A stretch of DNA of 64,000 bases. Source: Deltaproteobacteria bacterium. Lineage in GTDB: Bacteria > Myxococcota_A > Polyangia > Fen-1088. The position numbers and the translations under genes are program-made. Positions 57,884-64,000 of this stretch are shown here, piece after piece; within the stretch, counting starts at the first letter, position 1; each line of letters starts with the position of its first letter. The notes under the pieces were generated by a model, which saw only the letters and a program-made list of their open reading frames with translations, made no database searches and was not told the origin of the DNA. The stretch lies in NCBI GenBank assembly GCA_033763315.1, contig JANRKS010000021.1, positions 32,001-96,000 of the forward strand, given 5' to 3'.

Positions 57884-58782
57884 GCGCAACGAACATCAAA
57901 GTGGCTGACCGGATGATTGGCGAAGGTATGCCCGTGTTTGTGATTGCCGAAATCGGCATCAATCACAACGGCGACATGGCGCTCGCAAAGCGTTTGATCG
58001 ACGGAGCGGTTTTGGCAGGCGCGGACGCTGTCAAGTTTCAAAAGCGCACGCCTGAGCTGTGTGTTCCCAAGGACCAATGGTTGCAAGAGCGCGACACGCC
58101 TTGGGGCCGCATGACATACATCGATTACCGCCGGCGCATTGAATTCGGCCAAGCGGAGTACGAACAAATCGACAAGCACTGCAAGGAACGCGGCATCTTG
58201 TGGTTCGCCTCGTGTTGGGATGAACCCTCTGTGGATTTCATCGATGCCTTTTCGCCCCCTTGCTATAAGGCCGCTTCGGCCTCTCTGACCGATCACCCGC
58301 TACTGGCTCGCATGAAGGCCACGGGTCGGCCGTTGATGATCTCCACGGGCATGTCAACCTTGGCAGAGATCGACGCAGCCGTGGGCGTGCTTGGCTTCGA
58401 CAATCTGATGATTGCGCATTCGACATCAGCCTATCCCTGCCCCGTCGATTCGCTCAACCTGCGCATGATTCACACCCTGCGGGCGCGCTATCCTGAGGCC
58501 TTGATCGGATACTCGGGCCACGAAACGGGGCTGGCCACCACGTGGGCTGCGGTTTCCATGGGAGCCACATTCGTCGAACGCCACATCACGCTTGACCGCG
58601 CCATGTGGGGAACGGATCAGGCGGCGTCGGTCGAAATCGGCGGGCTTATGCGCCTGGTTTCCAACATTCGCGACATTGAACGCTCTTTGGGCGATGGGGT
58701 CAAGCGTGTCTACGAGCCAGAGCTCGCGATGCGCCAGAAACTGCGGCGTGTGCAAAGCGTGGTCGAAGCGAGCGCCAACTGA
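57880..58782 (+). CDS. NeuB-family ulosonate(-phosphate) synthase, lacking the C-terminal SAF domain
   Basis: IAEIGINHNG, AVKFQKR, ISTGMS, HSTSAYP, GYSGHE, ERHITLDR; about 300 aa. Confidence 0.92.
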   Translation: MSATNIKVADRMIGEGMPVFVIAEIGINHNGDMALAKRLIDGAVLAGADAVKFQKRTPELCVPKDQWLQERDTPWGRMTYIDYRRRIEFGQAEYEQIDKHCKERGILWFASCWDEPSVDFIDAFSPPCYKAASASLTDHPLLARMKATGRPLMISTGMSTLAEIDAAVGVLGFDNLMIAHSTSAYPCPVDSLNLRMIHTLRARYPEALIGYSGHETGLATTWAAVSMGATFVERHITLDRAMWGTDQAASVEIGGLMRLVSNIRDIERSLGDGVKRVYEPELAMRQKLRRVQSVVEASAN

Positions 58783-58784
58783 TC

Positions 58785-59591
58785 GTGAACGCCCAGCTGC
58801 TGTCCACGGCCGTCATCGTCGGCTCTGCTCTTGTGTTTATCTTGCTTGAACGCTGGCGTCCCTATGATGAACGCCAGCGCTTCTTGCGCGATGAGTTCTG
58901 GAGCGACTTACTGCTTTATACCTTGGCGCAAAGCTATGTGTTGGGGTTCGCGATCCCTTGGATCAGCTCGGCATTGGACAAAGCCCTTGGCGTTTCGAGC
59001 TGGGGCTTGCTCGCAGGGTGGCCGGTTGCAGCACAGTTCGCGCTGTTTTTCGTGACCCACGATCTCTACATCTATCTGTTTCACCGGGCACAACACCGCT
59101 GGAAGTGGCTATGGCGCTTGCATGAGGCACATCACAGCACCAAAGATGTAGATTGGCTCTCGGGATCCCGTTCACACGCACTTGAGATCTTGATCAATCA
59201 AACCATCGAGTTCGCGCCGCTTGTGTTGTTGCGCGCGCACCCGTCGGTCGCCCTCTTGAAGCTGACCGTGGATGCGGTGTGGGGCATGTACATCCACACC
59301 AACATCGACGTTCGTTCGGGTTGGTTGCAGTACGTCATCAATGGTCCCCAGATGCACCGTTGGCACCACGCCAAAGAAGTGACCGATGGACACCTCAACT
59401 ACAGCACGAAGCTTGCGGTGTGGGATTGGCTATTTGGGACAGCATACTTGCCTCACAGACACAAACCACAAGCCTACGGGATGTTTGGCTATGATGTTCC
59501 GCGAGGGTTTTGGGCGCAGTTCTGGTTTGCCTTTCGATCGCCGCAGCCACCCGAAACTCAGGTAAGCTCGGCAAAGAGCCTTTCGTACTGA
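58785..59591 (+). CDS. Sterol desaturase / fatty acid hydroxylase family protein
   Basis: His boxes HRAQH, HEAHHS, HTN, HRWHH; WDWLFGT. Confidence 0.9.
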   Translation: MNAQLLSTAVIVGSALVFILLERWRPYDERQRFLRDEFWSDLLLYTLAQSYVLGFAIPWISSALDKALGVSSWGLLAGWPVAAQFALFFVTHDLYIYLFHRAQHRWKWLWRLHEAHHSTKDVDWLSGSRSHALEILINQTIEFAPLVLLRAHPSVALLKLTVDAVWGMYIHTNIDVRSGWLQYVINGPQMHRWHHAKEVTDGHLNYSTKLAVWDWLFGTAYLPHRHKPQAYGMFGYDVPRGFWAQFWFAFRSPQPPETQVSSAKSLSY

Positions 59592-60397
59592 GCAACAGAG
59601 GCCGCCAAAGACAGACGCTGTTGTTGGGCGATGACTCTTGCGCGCGCTTCGTGCCACAGGGGCGAGCCAAAGGATGCATTATAGCGGTCTAAACAACACT
59701 GAACGTCTTGCGGCTGCAGCGATGTCAAGAAATAGGGATAGTCATCCCCCAAAAGCTCAACCGCGCCTGGCTCCTTGCCGCCTATGAACACCGCGTGTGA
59801 CGCTGAACAATTGGCAAGCTTCACAACCGACTTCGTCACATCAAGCCGGCCCGAAAAGTGCGCGTTGTAGGCGCGGAGCCGTTCCCGCCAATCCGCCTTC
59901 TTGAAATCCAAGAGCGCAACGCCGCGCAGCCCACCTTTGCTGCCGATGGAATTAACCGTTTCGCCCACGTAGACAAGTTTTGCCTGCATCACAGGGTGGT
60001 GCGGCAGAATGTGGGGATCGGCGTGGTGGTAGAACACGAATGCCCGCCCCGCAGGGTATTGCGCGAGGTACACATCTCTTGTTGCCTCGCTGCCAAAAAG
60101 AACCGCCGCACAGGCGCCTTCACAGTCGCGCAACAGGCGCGGATCATGGTCCAGGGCATCGAGGATCAAGATGTTTCGCTTCGCATGCAGAGCGTGATGC
60201 CTATGTGGCTGGCTTTTGACGCACACAATGATGCTGTCGCGCACGCCCCGCAACGCCCACAGCGAGGGCCCTGCGACGGCCACACAGTTCCAGCCTCGGC
60301 AGCGCAGGGCTTCCGCCACCTGCATGCCCCTCATCGTGAACGATGGTCTGCGGCGGTGTGACCAAAAGATGACCGGCCTAGACCGCAACGTGGACAC
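59558..60397 (-). CDS. Hypothetical glycosyltransferase-like protein
   Basis: S..MRG.Q, ILDALD, HHADP, YVG...N, KSVVKLAN; downstream of the flippase. Start uncertain (GTG 60397). Confidence 0.5.
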   Translation of the reverse strand: MSTLRSRPVIFWSHRRRPSFTMRGMQVAEALRCRGWNCVAVAGPSLWALRGVRDSIIVCVKSQPHRHHALHAKRNILILDALDHDPRLLRDCEGACAAVLFGSEATRDVYLAQYPAGRAFVFYHHADPHILPHHPVMQAKLVYVGETVNSIGSKGGLRGVALLDFKKADWRERLRAYNAHFSGRLDVTKSVVKLANCSASHAVFIGGKEPGAVELLGDDYPYFLTSLQPQDVQCCLDRYNASFGSPLWHEARARVIAQQQRLSLAASVAQYERLFAELT

Positions 60398-61877
60398 GTC
60401 GACCCACTCCCAGAAACGGCCACAAGACCAGCAGATACCCAACAATGAAGACCGCAACCGGCAGCCACACCGAATGCGAAAGGCTAGCCGAAACAAAGGC
60501 CGACATGGCAGCGATGCTCACAGGAATCGTGGCAGCCAACAGTGGTCGAGCTGAAAACCGAACATTGAGCAACACGCGCACTTGCGCAAGCTGCAGGATC
60601 TGCTGCACGCACGTGCCTGTGGCCACGGCAATGGCGGCTCCCAAAAGCTGAAGCCGAGGCACCAAAAGCAGGTTCAATGAAACGTTCACGGCTGTGGCTA
60701 TCACCGCGTTGACAAGGTTGAGAGCGGGGCGGCCGCTCATCCCTAACACGTTTCCCGACAGTCCAAACGTGCAGCTGACAACCGCGCTTAACAGCAACAC
60801 AACGAAAAAGGAGGTTTGCCCCGTGGGCGCCTTGGCGACCTCGAGAATGCCATGGCGTAACAGAATGCAAAGGCCAGCCACCGGTGCCGCCAGCCACAAA
60901 CACCAACCACTAACTTTGCCGATGCTTTGGGAGAGCAGGCTCGTTCTTCCCTCGCGAGCCAAGCGCGCCACGAGGCTCGCGTAAACGCCCGCGAACGCCA
61001 CACGGATCGTGAAGATCTGTCGAGCGATCTCGGAACCTACCCGGTAGGCCGTAATTAGTCTGTCAGGCAGTGATGCCATTCCCAAGAGCAACAGGTCGAC
61101 GTCAAACGTGGCTTGATAAAAGGCCATGTTTAAGGACTGGGGCAGAGCGAACCTCAAAACCGCGCGGTGAGGAGCGGCGCCCCAGGCGCTCCGCAACCCA
61201 TGAGGCTTAAAACGCCTACAATAGAGGAAGAGCGCGACCGCCGCGGCCGTCACTTGTGAAATGGTGAAGGCCCAGCAGATGGCGATGGAGGTTGGCGTTG
61301 CTTGGCGCAACAAGGCAAGCGAGGCGAAGAGAACAAGCGGCAGCACAAGGCTCTTGACGATCACGTCGCTTCCCATGCGCATCGAAGATCGCATCACTGC
61401 CGTGGTGATCGAGGCGAGTGACATGAAGGGAAGGCTGGCCGCCACCACCAAGAAGGCCGGTCCCAACCCCGGACGTGAAAACAGCAGACTTCCCAGGGTC
61501 TCGCCGGTCGCCCCAAGGACAATGGCACACAACGTGGAGACGCCTATCGCGTAGGCGGCGGCAGCAAGCACGACGCCATGGATGCGCTCGATGTCCTTTC
61601 TCTTCAGCTCCGTGTCGAAGGGATGGGCGCACAAGAACTGGGCGGCGTCTGAGAAGCCTGCGGAGCACAGAAACGAACAGATACCAACGCTTGCCATCAC
61701 GAGAGCCACGCCTGAGAAACCGGGGCCGTACAGGCGCGACGCGACCAGAGGCAACAACCCGAGCGACAGTCGACCCAACGTTCCGAGAAGATTCACGAAG
61801 GCCCCGCGCTTAAGCAACGTATAGTCAGCGGCGCCAGCCAACGCGCCCCCCACGGACAGGCAAGGGAACTCTTGCAC
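60378..61877 (-). CDS. Oligosaccharide flippase (Wzx/MOP family)
   Basis: Many TM segments, SRLYG, FALP, D..LLG, LNLLLVP...LLGAAIA. Confidence 0.82.
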   Translation of the reverse strand: MQEFPCLSVGGALAGAADYTLLKRGAFVNLLGTLGRLSLGLLPLVASRLYGPGFSGVALVMASVGICSFLCSAGFSDAAQFLCAHPFDTELKRKDIERIHGVVLAAAAYAIGVSTLCAIVLGATGETLGSLLFSRPGLGPAFLVVAASLPFMSLASITTAVMRSSMRMGSDVIVKSLVLPLVLFASLALLRQATPTSIAICWAFTISQVTAAAVALFLYCRRFKPHGLRSAWGAAPHRAVLRFALPQSLNMAFYQATFDVDLLLLGMASLPDRLITAYRVGSEIARQIFTIRVAFAGVYASLVARLAREGRTSLLSQSIGKVSGWCLWLAAPVAGLCILLRHGILEVAKAPTGQTSFFVVLLLSAVVSCTFGLSGNVLGMSGRPALNLVNAVIATAVNVSLNLLLVPRLQLLGAAIAVATGTCVQQILQLAQVRVLLNVRFSARPLLAATIPVSIAAMSAFVSASLSHSVWLPVAVFIVGYLLVLWPFLGVGRRVHVAV

Positions 61878-62075
61878 GCGTCCTCCGCTGTATCCGAAAA
61901 CCGTTCATTCGCCCGCAGCCTTACCACTCGCGCCGGACATCGCACGAAACGAAACGGCGACAGCGCGCGCCGGCCTTCACCGCGGCCACGTGAATTGAGC
62001 GTAACGTGAGATTTTCGTTCTCGTCGTCAACCCGCTACGACGTTGCCACGGAAGCCCATTACCATCGAGCCACAG

Positions 62076-63299
62076 ATGCATCGCAAAGGGCGTCATTGCT
62101 CGCTGGGGTTTTCACGCCGCACCGTCGTTGCCGGGTTGTTGTCGGCGGGTGCGGCGACCCGGTTCGATGGGGACGCGCCCTGCTCGAGGAGTCCCTTGCT
62201 GTCGACGTTTTGGTGTCCCTCAGCTTTGACCGTGGAGCAGCACACAGATCCCGCCATCGCTAAGCTGGCTGCCCTGCACAGTCCGGCCCTTGCCTTTACG
62301 AACCCAAACATGTGGCCCGTTGACGTGTCGTATAGCTGGCACGACGGCAGCGACCTGTACTTCGAGGACGTAGGCGGCAAACAGCGAACCGTTCTCACCA
62401 ATCGGCTGCTTCGCGAACCGGCAGCCTTCTTTGCACCCAGCGCCGATCACCGCCGCAAGCACTACATCAACAGCCCAGGCGATGGCCCACAGCAAGACGC
62501 GTGGGCGACGGCGTGGCTACGCATTCAAGGACACACGCCCGCAACGGCACTTTATCCACCCACGCAATACGTTCACGCATTTTGGTTGAACCGCCACCTG
62601 GGCCTCTTGGCGATCCAGTATTGGTTCTTCTACCCATTTAATGACTGGGTGAATCGCCACGAAGGCGATTGGGAGCACGTGGCCACGGTGTTCAAAGGCC
62701 CAACCGCGCTGGAGAATCCCGGCGCCTTCACGCCGGTGGCCACGTTCTTCTATTTTCATGAATGGGTACATGAGGCAAAACAGGTACTGCACCTCAGAGG
62801 TGGTTCTGCCGCTGCAAAGCATCCCGTTGTTTTCGTGGGGGGTCAGGGCGACATGTGGAACCTGTGGCACTGTTCACATCGACAAAGCGGCGGCAGCTAC
62901 CCTTGCGCTGGTAGGTTTGCGAACGCAGGTGCCGACAGGGGTTGGCTGGTGTCACCGTCCGAACAGGTCCAGCCTCCCGCGAGGATCATCCTGCCCGAGG
63001 ACTTTAGATTGGTCATGCTGCCTGAGCCTGACCACGTGTCCGAACGGCAGTGGCCTCAACTTTGGTGGCTGCGTTGGAACCTGTTCTTTGGGCAACGCCG
63101 GATCGACGGCAATTTGCCATTGATGGGTGCGCTCGCGCTGGACCATCCGCCACATCACCCCGGGCAACACGTCGACTGGAATATGCGTACCAAGCGTCGG
63201 CTGTGGCCCGGCATTGCGCCGCCAACTAACCCGCTAGTCTTGCCGGCAGCGGTTCGGGATCGCCTCGTAACAATAGACGACCGTGCAAAGCTCACGTGA
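62076..63299 (+). CDS. Tat-exported Vps62/NPP1-like protein
   Basis: SRRTVVAGLL twin-Arg-like signal; QYWFFYPFND...HEGDWEHV. Confidence 0.55.
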   Translation: MHRKGRHCSLGFSRRTVVAGLLSAGAATRFDGDAPCSRSPLLSTFWCPSALTVEQHTDPAIAKLAALHSPALAFTNPNMWPVDVSYSWHDGSDLYFEDVGGKQRTVLTNRLLREPAAFFAPSADHRRKHYINSPGDGPQQDAWATAWLRIQGHTPATALYPPTQYVHAFWLNRHLGLLAIQYWFFYPFNDWVNRHEGDWEHVATVFKGPTALENPGAFTPVATFFYFHEWVHEAKQVLHLRGGSAAAKHPVVFVGGQGDMWNLWHCSHRQSGGSYPCAGRFANAGADRGWLVSPSEQVQPPARIILPEDFRLVMLPEPDHVSERQWPQLWWLRWNLFFGQRRIDGNLPLMGALALDHPPHHPGQHVDWNMRTKRRLWPGIAPPTNPLVLPAAVRDRLVTIDDRAKLT

Positions 63300-63499
63300 A
63301 AATTCTTTTCCCAATTGAAAGAGATTCGCCGCAGCCTTGCAACAACATGCGACCTGACCGCCGACGAGTTGTCACCAGGTTGTAAGCCCAAACGCCCTTA
63401 CGGGCGCCATGTTGTCCTTGCGATGGTTCCCACACTACCAATTGCGTTCGCAACGGCACCCGCCCTGTCAGCCCATGAAACTGCGAGACGCGTTTGACG

Positions 63500-64000
63500 A
63501 TGCGCGAATACAGAAGGGTTTTGGTCACCGGCGGAAACGGATTCATCGGTTCACGCGTTGTGCGCGCTTTGGTATCGCGTGGCATCACGGTCCGCTGTCT
63601 TCTGCGAACCACGTCCAATACGTCACGGATCGATGGTCTGCCGTTTGAGCGCGCGATGGGCGACGTGCGCGACGCGGAATCCGTTCGCCAAGCCTTCAAC
63701 GGCTGCGACGCGGCCGTTCATCTCGCCAGCCTCTCAAATTGGAATGACATTGATTCCCCCTTAATGACGGAGGTGGTGATGGGCGGCACGCGCAACGTGT
63801 TGGACGCGGCCAAGCAATGTGGGAACAAGTTGGTGGTGTTCGTTTCATCGGCGGCGGCGGTCAATGGCTCCGAAACGCCGGAGGTCTTTGCTGAGAATGC
63901 GGAGTTCACGCTGAACCACGCGAAATTGTCTTATGCGCAACACAAGCGCGACGCCGAGGCCTTGTGTGCGCAAAGCGGCGTCCCAGTGGTGGTGGTGAAC
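63500..64000 (+). CDS. NAD-dependent epimerase/dehydratase, HpnA/DFR-like (partial, runs off the window)
   Basis: Not in the ORF track. Manual translation MREYRRVLVTGGNGFIGSRVVRAL...GDVRD...VHLAS...GTRNVLDAA...FVSSAAA...YAQHK, open to the window end. Confidence 0.85.
   Translation, partial: MREYRRVLVTGGNGFIGSRVVRALVSRGITVRCLLRTTSNTSRIDGLPFERAMGDVRDAESVRQAFNGCDAAVHLASLSNWNDIDSPLMTEVVMGGTRNVLDAAKQCGNKLVVFVSSAAAVNGSETPEVFAENAEFTLNHAKLSYAQHKRDAEALCAQSGVPVVVVN

Noticed and set aside
1-64000. CRISPR array, rRNA, intact transposase, or an att direct repeat of the tRNA
   Set aside because: None found by eye; short or degenerate repeats could have been missed without computation.

Overview
GC-rich bacterial DNA whose gene content points to Myxococcota (Ser/Thr kinase with an FHA-sigma54 activator, TIGR02270/DUF2169 T6SS adaptors, 'CGRVGF' lipoprotein). 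All family calls are by motif recognition by eye, with no database searches. (1) 1-4018 is the end of a decayed integrative island abutting the 5' end of tRNA-Leu(TAA). It holds a frameshifted tyrosine-integrase remnant, a HEPN-like ORF, an HNH-like ORF and a coupled three-gene operon (TumA-like, TumE/DUF6516-like, pyruvate-kinase-C-like partial). (2) 4.1-39.9 kb is mostly core-like: a PQQ sugar dehydrogenase-PKD-3xPA14 lipoprotein, nhaA, a kinase/FHA-sigma54 module, feoAB divergent from a DUF455 + ATP-grasp pair, a split T6SS tip/adaptor cluster, a GH26 enzyme, an MFS transporter, an exported Ppx-like protein, recQ, a DEAD-box helicase and MscS-cNMP. A long hairpin behind a sigma54-like promoter at about 24.2 kb is a candidate sRNA. 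(3) 39.9-64 kb is a glycolipid-type cluster with two MMPL transporters, GT32, GT-C, two GT4s and flippases. At its centre is a tightly coupled operon (sialyltransferase-like GT, cytidylyltransferase, split transketolase, class III aminotransferase, SDR, KdsC-like phosphatase, NeuB-like synthase, sterol desaturase) that plausibly makes a novel amino-ulosonic-acid-decorated lipid.
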